Assembly (NCBI GenBank): GCA_964016885.1
Contig: OZ024742.1
Coordinates: 349,866,001 to 349,930,000 of the forward strand
From: Eledone cirrhosa
Taxonomy: Eukaryota
Direction of reading: 5' to 3'
DNA length: 64,000 nt
Part shown: piece by piece, positions 42,705 through 58,300 of the stretch
Numbering within the stretch: the stretch's first letter is position 1
Layout: each line of letters starts with the position of its first letter
The notes under the pieces: model-generated
Databases searched by the model: none
Seen by the model: the letters and a program-made list of their open reading frames with translations, nothing else
Told to the model about the DNA's origin: nothing
Translations under genes and position numbers: made by a program

Positions 42705-45502
42705 ATGCCCAACCTGAGATCCTTTCTCCACCAACTACATAATCGCCTCAAACTTTTCCTCACCCCCTCCTCCCACCCTGCTATCTCCCCTCTGCCCTTC
42801 AACTCTCCTACCTTCTCTTCGCCAAAACCCGGCACTCCAGCCACATCCATTTCCTCAGCCACTGCCTCCACCTCCACCTTATCCCCCTCGGCTTCCGTCT
42901 ACACTTCCACCCTTCCCCCGCCGCTTCCCCCTCCACGCAACGTATCCTCACCCGATCCTCACGCCTCCTGATGCGCAACTCCATCCGCGCCTCCCGTTCC
43001 ACCCTCCGCCAACTTGACCACCAACTGACCCCCACCCTCCTCCGCTTTAACTCCACCTTCCACCCACTCCTCGCCCAAGCCATCCTCTCCTTCATTCATA
43101 ACCTCAACCACAACCTCTTTTCGTTCCTCAGCTCCACCAAAGCCCGCAAGCTACACTCCCCCCCCCATCCACCACCACCCGCCCATCCCCATACGCCCAC
43201 CACTCTCCACCTCTCCCTCGACCCACACCCCTACCCAATCTCCCCCCTCCACCTCACCCTCACCACACCCTCACCACACCCTCCCTTCCCCCTAAACACC
43301 CAAACCCCGCCCCTTGTTGTCACCATACCCCCTGACCTCCCCCTCTCCGCACCTGAGTGCTCACTCCTTAGTAGAGGCCTTCGCTTCATACCCCACACTC
43401 CGCACAGCGACGAGTTCCGCACCCGAACGGAAGTCGAGCGATTCGTGCGACGCACTAAGCTACAGGCACATTTCGGCCGAACGCCACCGACTCCGGACGC
43501 CCCAAACCCGTTTCTCGCCCTGGGCCGACGACCATCTTCTTGGACGCCGGCCCCAGGGCAATTTAGCACCCTGGACGCCTTCGTCGATGCCAGCCGTAGC
43601 GCAGTAAATCGTTTCGACTTCCGCCACCGTTCCAAACGGTACAATATCTCACGGGGCGAACTCCTCGCTCTCCGCTCCCTCCGTAGCCGAGATGACATCG
43701 TCATCAAACCGGCGGACAAGGGAGGCGCCGTAGTGGTGTGGCGCGCGGACCTCTACACGGCCGAAGCCCTCAGGCAGCTCTGTAACACCCTCTTTTACCG
43801 CCCTCTACCCTCCGATCCCACCCCCCTCTACCAACAACAAGTCTCCTCCACCATCAAAGACCTTATCGCCTCCTCCATCCTCCCCCCCCCCACCGCTTCC
43901 CGCCTCATCGTCCGCACCCCCACCATCTACTTCCTCCCCAAACTCCACAAACCCGACAACCCCGGCCGCCCCATCGTCTCCGCTTGCAACTGCCCCACCG
44001 AACACATCTCCGCCTTTCTCGACTCCCTCCTCGCCCCCCTTGTCACCACCCTCCCCTCCCACATCTCCGACACAAACCACGCCCTGCGCCTTTCGACTCC
44101 TTCACCTACCCACCCGGCCCACAGCCCTTCCTCTTCACCCTAGACATCAAGTCCCTCTATACCATCATCCCCCACGCCGACGGCCTACGCGCCCTCAAAC
44201 ACTACCTCGACCTTCGCCCCTCCCCCATTCCCTCCACCCCCACCATCCTTCGCCTCGCCGAGCTGGTCATCACCCTGAATTGTTTCTCCTTCTCGGGTGA
44301 GTTTTACCAACAGGTCACGGGGGTAGCCATGGGTACAAGAATGGGCCCGAACTATGCCAACCTTTTTGTTGGCCATGTTGAGGCCCAAATCTTTGCCCAG
44401 TACACCGGCACCACGCCCGAACTGTACGGTCGTTACATTGACGACTGTATCGGAGCCACGACCCTCACCCGAGAACAGCTCGACTCCTTTCTCTCCTTCT
44501 TCTGCTCCTTCCACCCCTCCCTCCACTTCACCACCTCTATCTCCACCACCCACGTCCACTTCTTAGACATCTCCGTCGCCTTCGACTCCTCCAACCACTC
44601 CCTCGTCACCTCTGCCTTCTTCAAACCCACCGACTCCCACTCTTACCTCGACTTCACCTCTTCCCACCCCACCCACACTAAACACTCCATTCCCTACTCC
44701 CAACTTCTCAGGATCCGCCGCCTCTGTAGCCGAGATGCTGACTTTGAGTCCCAGGCCCTTTCCCTAGTCAACCATTTCATCCGCAGAGGTTACCGCCCCC
44801 TCTCGTCCACACCGCTCTCACCCGCGCCCGTGCTGTCCCCCGCTCCACCACCCTCACCCCACGCCACCGCACGCCCCCGTCTCCCCTTCCCCATCACCTA
44901 CCACCCCTCCACCTTACCCCTCCACCGCACCATCCGCCGCCTCTTCCGACGCCTCCAGTCCGACCCCCCCACCTCCCACATCTTCCCAACCCCACCACTC
45001 CCCTCCTTCAAACGCGCACGCAATCTCCGCACCCTCCTCGTCCACAGCTCTCTACCCCCCAACCCACGCTCTGTCCCCCGCGGTTCCTTTCCCTGTTTTA
45101 GGCCCCGCTGCAACACCTGTCCCCACATCACCAACACCACCACCTTCCAGGGTCCCAACGGCCACTCTCTCTCTCTCTGTCCGGCATGCCTTCCGCTGCA
45201 CCTCCTCCAACCTAGTCTACGGACTTCGCTGCACTCCGTGCAGCGCGACTTATGTCGGACAGACGGGGCGTCGCCTGGCGGACCGATTCACGCAGCACCT
45301 CCGGGATATTCGTCTCGGGGGTAGTTCCCCCATCGCCCGCCACTTTGGTGACCCTGGACATTCCGCACGCCATCTCACAGTCTGAGGCCTACTCCAGTGC
45401 CACGGAACACCCGCCAATCGCCTTACGGTCGAACAACGAACTATCTTCATCTTACAGACCCACACTACCCGCGGCCTGAACTCCCCACCCTTATTCCTTT
45501 AG
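42705..45502 (+). pseudogene. frameshifted PLE RT + GIY-YIG ORF
   Basis: N-terminal KTRHSSHIHFLSHCL...IPLGF, LSRGLRF, IKPADKGGAVVVW, LPKLHK..PGRPIVS, LDIKSLYT, GVAMGT, RYIDD, FLD, CFRPRCNTCPHI linker, ends TRGLNSPPLFL*. Confidence 0.9.
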
Positions 45503-46896
45503 CCTTCGACCGCCCCTCTCCCCCCACACTTACCCACCACTAATTAACAATACTAACACCTCCACTCCACCCCTCATCTGACCACCCTTCTCCAACTAAC
45601 ATACTAACATCCCTCCTTTCTTCTCCTCCTCCCCCCTCCTTATCACACGCACACACCCACCAGCACATATATACACGCGCTCACACTAAACACACACCCT
45701 ACTACCACCACTAACCCACACCCCCACACCTCTCACCCCCACACCTCCATCCCACCACACCGCAACTAACCTCACTAACACCCCCTAACTCCAAGCACAC
45801 GTACCCACATACCCTCGTACACCACCAACTCTACACACCCCAGCACCACTAACCCCCACTCACACCTACATTCAACCCCTCCCCACCTCCCGTATACTAA
45901 CACCCACTAACACCCCTTCATCAAACTACACACACACCAGTACACCACACTCCCTCCATAGAACCACACACACCCTTCTCTCCCCGCTCCACCCACACCC
46001 TCGCTCCACATTCACTCATCCCACTAACACCTCTACTAATACACACACACACACACACCCTCCTCACTCCAACTTTCACACCTACCCATCCGCACCCCTT
46101 TACCATTCCACCGACTGCTGCTATGCCCTCTGACCACCTCCCAGCACAAACAGACACACAGCACTCCCACTGCTTGACCACTTCCTGTTGCGCGCGCACC
46201 CCACATCTCTCCTCTTCCGACCGTCGCTTCATGGAATACCCGCACGCAGAAATTGACAAACTCAAAATCCGCTATACACCTTTGGAATTTACCTACTTTT
46301 CAACCATCCTCTTACGTAATCACCTATATAACTCACCCACACACACACACCCCAACATTTTTTTTTCTTCACACGCCACCTACACCCACAACACGCTTAA
46401 ACCCCACACACACGTGCTTTCCACCACATATTTACACCCCCAGCCTCCTGATTCCTCTCCCCCCCTCTCTATCCACACACGCACACACTCCGACCCCCCC
46501 CCCCACACACACCTCTTCCTGAACATGCAACCCCGTTCTTCCCCCAACCCTTACTTTCACATACACACACATACACACACACGTACACCTACACACACAC
46601 ATACCACCTTCAGCCCTCCCCGCTCGGACACCCGTCTCCCTCTCCTCACTCCACCCGCCACCACCCCTACACACCCCACACCCTTCCACCACCTGTTTTA
46701 CCCCCCTTTTAATTTCAGTTTATTTTGATCATGCTTTTATATTTAAATTTATTTCATTCCTTGTATTTTGATCATGCTTTATTTTTGTTTTTATCTTTAT
46801 TTTTTTATTTTTTCATTCGCACCGTTTCCTTTCGCTATATGTCTCTCCACCACTCCCCTACACGCCCTTTGAACTCTGTTACCATACACTTCTCAC

Positions 46897-46927
46897 CTGA
46901 GGAAGGGCTTATGCCCGAAACGTCGTC
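46897..46927 (+). ncRNA. minimal PLE hammerhead core, stem I not evident
   Basis: CTGAGGA-AGGGC TTAT GCCC-GAAA-CGTCG-TC. Confidence 0.7.
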
Positions 46928-47014
46928 CCCCACCAACACCCCACTCTCCAGAGCGTGAAATTAATAAACATTCGTTGTACTGCCTCTCTGTTTTGTCCCT
47001 ATTCAAATTTTTCC

Positions 47015-49434
<2,420 letters not shown>

Positions 49435-49436
<2 letters not shown>

Positions 49437-51888
49437 TCGTGTCCTACACAATTTAGCATCTCATCAACGTCAGTATGGATTTATACGAACTGGATTACTC
49501 CCTGAAGAACATTCCAGCTCCCTCCAACCATGTTTACCAAAAGCTCCTCCTACAAAAAGCCGAAGATGTCGTCAGACGCTTAAGATGACGAGCCCTAGCT
49601 TTCGACGGCAAAATTGCAGGCACCAACAACACCTTCAACCTGAAATCGAGAGCCTACCCTCCTAAGGTAACTGATCTTGCTCCTTTTGAGACGGACCTTC
49701 TTGACTTAGTCGCTAACATTTCCTTTCGCAAACACACTAACACCTTTCAAACGAAACTCAGAAACGATATTAAGAAACTTAGGTCTTCTAATAACACCTT
49801 CGTCCTTTCCGACAAAACTAATAATATTTACGAAGTCGACAACACCACTTTCCGCCACCTGGCCCATAACGCTATTACTTCCAAATATAAGAAAGCTAAC
49901 CCTATGGCCTACCACGATATTATACAGAAGCCAAGGAACTTGCCGCCGACCTTAAGGTAGATAAGAAGCTACAATCTCTAGCTAAGCGGGAGGCGTTCCT
50001 CACCCTGAAAGATCACAAGATAGACTTTACCTCTAACCCCACATGTATACTAATAAACCCGGCACGCACAGATATGGGACTAGTTAGTAAGACCATACTT
50101 AGAAACATAGTTAAGACCATTAGGACCAAGTCCAACCTTCCCCAGTGGAAGAACAGCGACTCCGTAATTAAGTGGTTTAACTCCTTAAAATCCCAAAAAG
50201 CGAAGTTCACACAGTTTGACATTGTCGATTTTTACCCGTCGAACTCAGAGACCCTGTTAAACAAAGTGTTGGACTTCGCTACCACTTATACCATGGTTTA
50301 GACAAGGAAATCATCGCTCACTGCCGCAAAACCCTCCTCTTCAATGACGGAGTAGCCTGGGCAAAGAAGTCTGCATCTTCAGACCTGTTCGACGTCTCCA
50401 TGGGATCGTTCGACAGTGCTGACGTATGTGACTTGGTTGGCCTTTTTATCTTAGACATATTACGTGTTAGATTCCCGAACTTCCACACGGGAATATACCG
50501 TGACGATGGACTGACTTTATCGAGCCATAAAAGTGGTCACGACCTCGACCGGTTTAAAAAAGACTTAGATTCTACTTTCAATGAGTTAGTCCTTAGGATA
50601 ACAGTAGCAACTAACCTCTCTAGCGTAGATTTCTTAGACATTAATTTAGACCTTCGCACACACAACCACAGACCCTTCCACAAGCTAAAGGAGAAACTTA
50701 ATTACATCCACAAGGACTCATGCCACCCTCTCACAGTTTTTAGAAACTTCGTTAAGAATATCAGTACTAGAATCTCAAACCTCTCCTCTAATAAGGCTAT
50801 CTTTGACAGGGCGGCACCCTACTATAACACGGCGTTGACTAACAACGGCTTCTCACAACCCATCACTTACTCTCCCACTAGCAACAGCACCATTAAGAAA
50901 AGTAAGCGCAACAATAGACAAACTATCTGGTTCTCTCCTCCCTTCTCACTCAACGTTAAAACCAATGTAGCCCTCTTAGATAGATACTTCCCCATAGGTC
51001 ATAAATACCAATGTAGCCCTCTTAGATAGACACTTCCCCATAGGTCATAAATGCCGCCCCATCTTTAACCGACACAAAGTTAAACTAGGATACTCCTGCG
51101 CTAAGAACATGAAGGCCCACATCACCAGTAGCCCTAGGAGCAACACGCCACCAGGGTGCTCTTGCCGTAAGCCTGAAGTTTGCCCCCTTCAACATCAATG
51201 CAACACACCAGCTGTAATCTATGAAGCTATGGTCACTTCCAACCGACCAAACGAACCACAGGAGGTCAAATCCTATGTGGGCATGGCGGAGGGCCAATTC
51301 AAGGAACGTTTCCTGAACCACCAGTCTACCTTCAGATACCCAGACAGACGTTCATCCACGAAACTCGCGAGCCACGTATGGTCCCTCAAGGACTCAAGTA
51401 CAGACTACTCCATCCAATGGAAAGCCATCACTAAGTCCAAACCATACGCAAGGAGAAATCCGACGTGTGGCTTATGTATCGACGAACGAATAACTATTCT
51501 AAAGAGATTAAGCAATAGTGATTGCCTAAACACGAGAAGTGAATTTTTCACACCTTGTCCACACGTCGCCAAACACCTATTACATAACTACAAGGCTCCG
51601 GACTGATTCTTTGTAATTTTATTTTATTTTCAACTTAAAAACTTTTTGGACTTTCGCAGTTATCTCCCTTACACCTCTCGCACGCAGTCTAGTATTGCCT
51701 GTGTGAAGTGACCGGGTTTCTGCGCATGCGCGTTCGTACGGTTGTCCTTCCTGTTCCTATAACCATGCCCATCTCGAGCTGAAGATCCGCTAGGGTGAAA
51801 CAATTGTTCTCGGTATGGTGAACTAACTGTTTGGTAACCACCTCTACCCAACTCGTCCCTTGGACTGAGTGCTCTACCAATGTTCCAC

Positions 51889-51892
<4 letters not shown>
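49435..51892 (+). mobile_element. full-length but decayed Naiad-type PLE (ORF 49475-51606) between (TA)n tracts, no pLTR
   Basis: N-terminus MDLYELDYSLKNIPAPS..Y..LL.QKAE..VRRLR*RA; TLKDHK, QFDIVDFYPS, MGSFDSADVCDLVGLFIL, YRDDGL, CSCR..CPL..QC, YVG, CGLCIDE, LNTRSEFFTPCPH. Confidence 0.92.
51775..51812 (+). ncRNA. minimal type I hammerhead ribozyme
   Basis: CGAG-CTGAAGA-TCC GCTA GGGT-GAAA-CAATTG-TT|CTCG. Confidence 0.82.
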
Positions 51893-51935
<43 letters not shown>

Positions 51936-51982
51936 AAGAGTGAAGAATAACATGGTCGGCTGTACAAAAAGAGTTTTATTTA

Positions 51983-52097
51983 CAGTATTAACAATTGTTT
52001 CATTGATCAGGTGATTCTAAACGCCGCTAATCACTCGAAATTGCGTCACTCGATCTTAAATACAGTGTGTGTCTCTGATCATTTCATCGGAATACTG
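51983..52097 (-). ncRNA. hammerhead with long stem II and one core substitution (CCGATGA), in fragment 51931-52232
   Basis: CAGTATT-CCGATGA-AATGATCAG...CTGATCAAT-GAAA-CAATTG-TT|AATACTG, then AATAAA. Confidence 0.75.
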
Positions 52098-52374
52098 GAA
52101 ATTCTCGCAAACTCGCTACCTAATTAAGGAAACCTCTTGTTGACTCAAACAACGCAGTACGTTAAACCTATTCATAGTACAGAGTACTCATAACCTCTAA
52201 CTGGATTACCTAAAACGATAACTTGTTATCCCATATATATATATATATATATAGGTGTATGGTTGCAAGAAAAATTGCGTACGTAGGCGGTATGCCGGTG
52301 GAGCACTCGATGCTCGCGCAGAGCAGAGTATAATACTATAAGACTGAATCCTTGTTCCTTTATTCTTATAGTAT

Positions 52375-52430
<56 letters not shown>

Positions 52431-52514
52431 CCCTAAGTATTGAGTACTCCGGTGCGTTATGGTCCATCTGGTTCCTTACCACAATTCCTTTGTTATATAT
52501 ATATATATATGTGT

Positions 52515-52601
<87 letters not shown>

Positions 52602-52877
52602 TGTGTGTGTGTGTATGTATATATATATTTTCGATAAAATGTATCAGTCTAGAACAGGGTTTGATTCTTCCTCTACAGCTCTTACTCACTATCACCCTCT
52701 CTCTCTTTCTCTGGAGAAATCGGCGGTACTCAAAGCTGGGATGGTCTTTGCCAGGCTTAAAATGGCCGATACAGGTCGTCTGTCACTACAGTACATCAGT
52801 TGTTACGGGTTAAAAAAAAGAGTGATGAAGTGGAACCCTTCAAAAGTCATCAATGTGCTTTGTTTGATTTTATTAAT

Positions 52878-53470
52878 TATTGGTAGAGCGTAGGACACCC
52901 TGCTTCGCGGCATAGAGTTACAGCCCTTTACGTTATGTCTTCAAATCCCGCTGAGGTTAACTTTGCCTTTCCTCCTTAAGGAGTCGATAAAATAAAGTAC
53001 CAGTAATATACTGGTGTAGATTTAATCGATTTTACCCTCTCTGAATATATTGTAGGCCTTGTGTCTAAATCAGAATACCTTCTTGCTTACCCCGATGTCG
53101 GTGGATTGACAGTAGCGGCAGAGCGGCATAGAGTTACGGCCCTTTACGTTCTGAATTCAAATCCCACCGAGGTTGACTTTACCTTTCCTGCTTACGGGTC
53201 AATAAAATAAAGTTTAAATATCAGTAACTCACTGGGCTTATTTAATCGATTCCCCCTCCCCTTCAAAATTGTTGACTTGGAGCCCCAAAAAGAAAGGATT
53301 ATTATTATCTAGCCCTAGGTTGAGTTCAAATCCCGCCGAAGTTAACTTTGCCTTTTATCCTTACGGGGTCGATAAAATATGGTACCAGTCACGCACTGGG
53401 GTCGATTTAAGATAATTTCCCCTTCCCCCAAATTGCTTGCCTTGTGTCTATATAAGGAACCATTATTTAG
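52878..53470 (+). mobile_element. three consecutive older SINE copies
   Basis: TTCAAATCCC..CGAGGTT.ACTTT.CCTTT core at ~52940, ~53156 and ~53325. Confidence 0.88.
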
Positions 53471-54009
53471 CCCTAGGTCAACTCTGATTCAGTTGATCAA
53501 TGACACTAAACATTCCGGTTGAGATCATTCACTTTGTTCAGCCAGTGTGTTTAATATGTTAACATTTCCATATGAAAACATTCTGTTTTAAAATAAAACC
53601 ATTTAGTTTACGGAAGATTTAGCTGTTATTTCTAACAGAAATTTGAGTTATTCTCCAAAGAACCCTTCATTTGTTTGAGTTTTTATATAAGTAGGTATGT
53701 TTTGGGGTGAGAGGTGGGGTGTAAGATGAAGATTTGATCCCTGTACTTCCAAACTATTAAGTCACATACAACAAGTCTTGGTGTTATTTAACACTTGAAT
53801 AACAAAAATGTACCAAATAATTCGCCAGAAGGTGATAATGTAAAGATAAGAAAATCAACTGTCTAGACGTCCTCCTATGAACAGTGATAACAACGGAGAT
53901 TATATGTTGCCGCCAGCGATGGTTGATAGCCTTCACATCTTCATACCAGCAGACATTGCTGAAAGGGGCGGGAGGGGATTATCATATACCACATCGAGAT
54001 TGATGAGTG

Positions 54010-55270
54010 AATGTGTAGGTGTGTATGAGAAGGTGTGTGTGAGAAGGTGTGTATGTGTGTGTGTAGATATGTGTGAGAAGGTGTGTGTGAGAAGGTGTAT
54101 GTGTGTATGTGTAGACGTGTGTGAGAAGGTGTGCGTGTGTGTAGATGTGTGTGAGAAGGTGTGTGTGTAGATGTATGTGAGAAGGTGTGTGTGTGTGTAG
54201 GTGTGTGTGTGTAGATGTGTGTGTAGATGTGTGTGAGAAGGTGTGTGTGTGTATATGTGTGTGAGAAGGTGTGTGTGTAGATGTGTGTGAGAAGGTGTGT
54301 GTGTGTGTATATGTATGAGAAGGTGTGTGTGTGTGTAGATGTGTGTGAGAAGGTGTGTGTGTGTGTATATGTGTGAGAAGGTGTGTGTGTGTGTAGATGT
54401 GTGTGAGAAGGTGTGTGTGTGTGTATATGTGTGAGAAGGTGTGTGTGAGTTTAGATGTGTGTGAGAAGGTGTGTGTGTATATGTGTGTGAGAAGTTGTGT
54501 GTGTGTGTAGATGTGTGTGTATATGTGTAGATGTGTGTGAGAAGTTGTGTGTGTGTGTAGATGTGTTTGAGAAGGTGTGTGTGTGTGTAGATGTGTGTGT
54601 GTGTAGATGTGTGTCAGTAGGTGTGTGTATGTGTAGTTGTGTGTGAGAAGGTGAGTGTGTGTGTGTAGATGTGTGTGAGAAGGTGTGTGTATGTGTAGAT
54701 GTGTGTGAGAAGGTGTGTGTGTATATGTGCAGATGTGTGTGAGAAGGTGTGTGTGTGTGTGTAGATGTGTGTGATTAGGTGTGTGTTTGTGTGTGTAGTT
54801 GTGTGTGAGAAGGTGTGTGTGTGTGTGCAGATGTGTGTGAGAAGGTGTGTGTGTATATGTGTAGATGTGTGTGAGAAGGTGTGTGTGAGAAGGTGTGTGT
54901 GTGTGTGTAGATATGTGTGAGAAGGTGTGTGTGTGTGTGTAGGTGTGTGTGAGAAGGTGTGTGTGTTGGTAGATGTGTGTGAGAAGGTGTGTGTGTGTGT
55001 GTGTATGTGTGTAGATATATGTGAGAAGGTGTGTGTGTGTGTGAAGATGTGTGTGAGAAGGTGTGTGTGTGTGTAGATGTGTGTGAGAAGGTGTGTGTGT
55101 GTCTATGTATATATGAAGGTGTGTATGTGTGTGTGTGTGTGTAGGTATCGGTGTGTGTGTCTATGTGTATGTGTAGATGTGTGTATCTGTGTAGATGTGT
55201 GTAGGTGTGTGTATGTATATGTATATGTGTGTATGTATGTATATGTATATGTGTGTATGTATGTGTATAC
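54010..55270. repeat. (GT)-based minisatellite, ~28-bp unit GTGTGTGAGAAGGTGTGTGTGTGTAGAT
   Basis: Direct read. Confidence 0.95.
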
Positions 55271-55303
55271 GTGTAAATTTGATAAGCAAATGTTGGCTTC
55301 TGT

Positions 55304-58300
55304 ATTGGCAGAGTCGTAGAGGGTCGGACACGATGTTAGGGTGGTGGATTGGCAGAGTAGGTAGAGGGTCGGACACGATGTTAGGGTGGTGGATTGGTAG
55401 GGTCGGTAGAGGGTCGGACACGATGTTAGGGTGGTGGATTGATAGAGTCGGTAGAGGGTCGGACACGATGTTAGGGTGGTGGATTGGTAGAGACGGTAGA
55501 GGGTCGGACACGATGTTAGGGTGGTGGATTGGTAGAGTCGGTAGAGGGTCGGACACGATGTTAGGGTGGTGGATTGGTAGAGTCGGTAGAGGGTCGGACA
55601 CGATGTTAAGGTGGTGGATTGGTAGAGTCGGTAGAGGGTCGGACACGATGTTAGGGTGGTGGATTGATAGGGTCGGTAGAGGTAGAGTGTCGGACACGAT
55701 GTTAGGGTGGTGGATTGGTAGAGTCGGTAGAGGGTCGGACACGATGTTAGGGTGGTGGATTGATAGAGTCGGTAGAGGGTCGGACACGATGTTAGGGTGG
55801 TGGATTGGTAGAGTAGGTAGAGGGTCGGACACGATGTTAGGGTGGTGGATTGGTAGAGTCGGTAGAGGGTCGGACACGATGTTAGGGTGGTGGATTGGTA
55901 GAGTCGGTAGAGGGTCGGACACGATGTTAGGGTGGTGGATTGGCAGAGTAGGTAGAGGGTCGGACACGATGTTAGGGTGGTGGATTGGTAGAGTCGGTAG
56001 AGGGTCGGACACGATGTTAGGGTGGTGGATTGGTAGAGTCGGTAGAGGGTCGGACACGATGTTAGGGTGGTGGATTGGTAGAGTCGGTAGAGTGTCGGAC
56101 ACGATGTTAGGGTGGTGGATTGGTAGAGTCGGTAGAGGGTCGGACACGATGTTAGGGTGGTGGATTGATAGAGTCGGTAGAGGGTCGGACACGATGTTAG
56201 GGTGGTGGATTGGTAGAGTCGGTAGAGGGTCGGACACGATGTTAGGGTGGTGGATTGGTAGAGTCGGTAGAGGTAGAGTGTCGGACACGATGTTAGGGTG
56301 GTGGATTGGTAGAGTCGGTAGAGGGTCGGACACGATGTTAGGGTGGTGGATTGGTAGGGTCGGTAGAGGTAGAGTGTCGGACACGATGTTAGGGTGGTGG
56401 ATTGGTAGAGTCGGTAGAGGGTCGGACACGATGTTAGGGTGGTGGATTGGCAGAGTAGGTAGAGGGTCGGACACGATGTTAGGGTGGTGGATTGGTAGAG
56501 TCGGTAGAGGGTCGGACACGATGTTAGGGTGGCGGATTGGTAGAGTCGGTAGAGGGTCGGACACGATGTTAGGGTGGTGGATTGGTAGGGTCGGTAGAGG
56601 TAGAGTGTCGGACACGATGTTAGGGTGGTGGATTGGTAGAGTCGGTAGAGGGTCGGACACGATGTTAGGGTGGTGGATTGATAGAGTCGGTAGAGGGTCG
56701 GACACGATGTTAGGGTGGTGGATTGGTAGAGTCGGTAGAGGGTCGGACACGATGTTAGGGTGGTGGATTGGTAGAGTCGGTAGAGGTAGAGTGTCGGACA
56801 CGATGTTAGGGTGGTGGATTGGTAGAGTCGGTAGAGGGTCGGACACGATGTTAGGGTGGTGGATTGGTAGGGTCGGTAGAGGTAGAGTGTCGGACACGAT
56901 GTTAGGGTGGTGGATTGGTAGAGTCGGTAGAGGGTCGGACACGATGTTAGGGTGGTGGATTGATAGAGTCGGTAGAGGGTCGGACACGATGTTAGGGTGG
57001 TGGATTGGTAGAGTCGGTAGAGGGTCGGACACGATGTTAGGGTGGTGGATTGGCGAAGTCGGTAGAGGGTCGGACACGATGTTAGGGTGGTGGATTGGTA
57101 GAGTCGGTAGAGGGTCGGACACGATGTTAGGGTGGTGGATTGGTAGGGTCGGTAGAGGGTCGGACACGATGTTAGGGTGGTGGATTGGTAGAGTCGGTAG
57201 AGGGTCGGACACGATGTTAGGGTGGTGGATTGGTAGGGTCGGTAGAGGGTCGGACACGATGTTAGGGTGGTGGATTGGTAGAGTCGGTAGAGTGTCGGAC
57301 ACGATGTTAGGGTGGTGGATTGGTAGAGTGGCTAGAGGGTCGGGCACGATGTTAGGGTGGTGGATTGGTAGAGTGGCTAGAGGGTCGGACACGATGTTAG
57401 GGTGGTGGATTGGCGAAGTCGGTAGAGGGTCGGACACGATGTTAGGGTGGTGGATTGGTAGAGTGGCTAGAGGGTCGGGCACGATGTTAGGGTGGTGGAT
57501 TGGTAGAGTGGCTAGAGGGTCGGACACGATGTTAGGGTGGTGGATTGGCGAAGTCGGTAGAGGGTCGGACACGATGTTAGGGTGGTGGATTGGTAGAGTC
57601 GGTAGAGGGTCGGACTCGATCTTAGGGTGGTGGATTGGCCAAGTCGGTAGAGGGTCGGACACGATATTAGGGTGGTGGATTGGTAGAGTCGGTAAAGGGT
57701 CGGGCATGATGTTAGGGTGGTGGAGTGGCAGAGGCGGTAGAGGGTCGGACACGATGTTTGGGTGGTGGATTGGTAGAGTCGGTAGAGGGTCGGATACGAT
57801 GTTAGGGTGGTGGATTGGGCAAGTCGGTAGAGGGTCGGACTCGATGTTAGGTTGGTGGATTGGTAGAGTTGGTAAAGGGTCGGGCATGATGTTAGGGTGG
57901 TGGATTGGTAGAGTGTGTAAAGGGTCGGGCATGATGTTAGGGTGGTGGAGTGGCAGAGGCGGTAGAGGGTCGGACACGATGTTTGGGTGGTGGATTGGTA
58001 GAGTCGGTAGAGGGTCGGACACGATGTTTGGGTGGTGGATTGGTAGAGTCGGTAGAGGGTCGGACACGATGTTAGGGTGGTGGATTGGTAGAGTAGGTAG
58101 AGGGTCGGACACGATGTTAGGGTGGTGGATTGGTAGAGTAGGTAGAGGGTCGGACACGATGTTAGGGTGGTGGATTGTTAGAGTAGGTAGAGGGTCGGAC
58201 ACGATGTTAGGGTGGTGGATTGGTAGAGTCGGTAGAGGGTCGGACACTATGTTAGGGTGGTGGATTGGTAGAGTAGGTAGAGGGTCGGACACGATGTTAG

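Noticed and set aside
49475-51606. Selenocysteine-encoding Naiad (in-frame TGA)
   Set aside because: The TGA in RLR*RA falls at the conserved Trp (TGG>TGA) of a decayed copy. Cys motifs are ordinary Cys codons in the Naiads I could read, and I recognised no SECIS.
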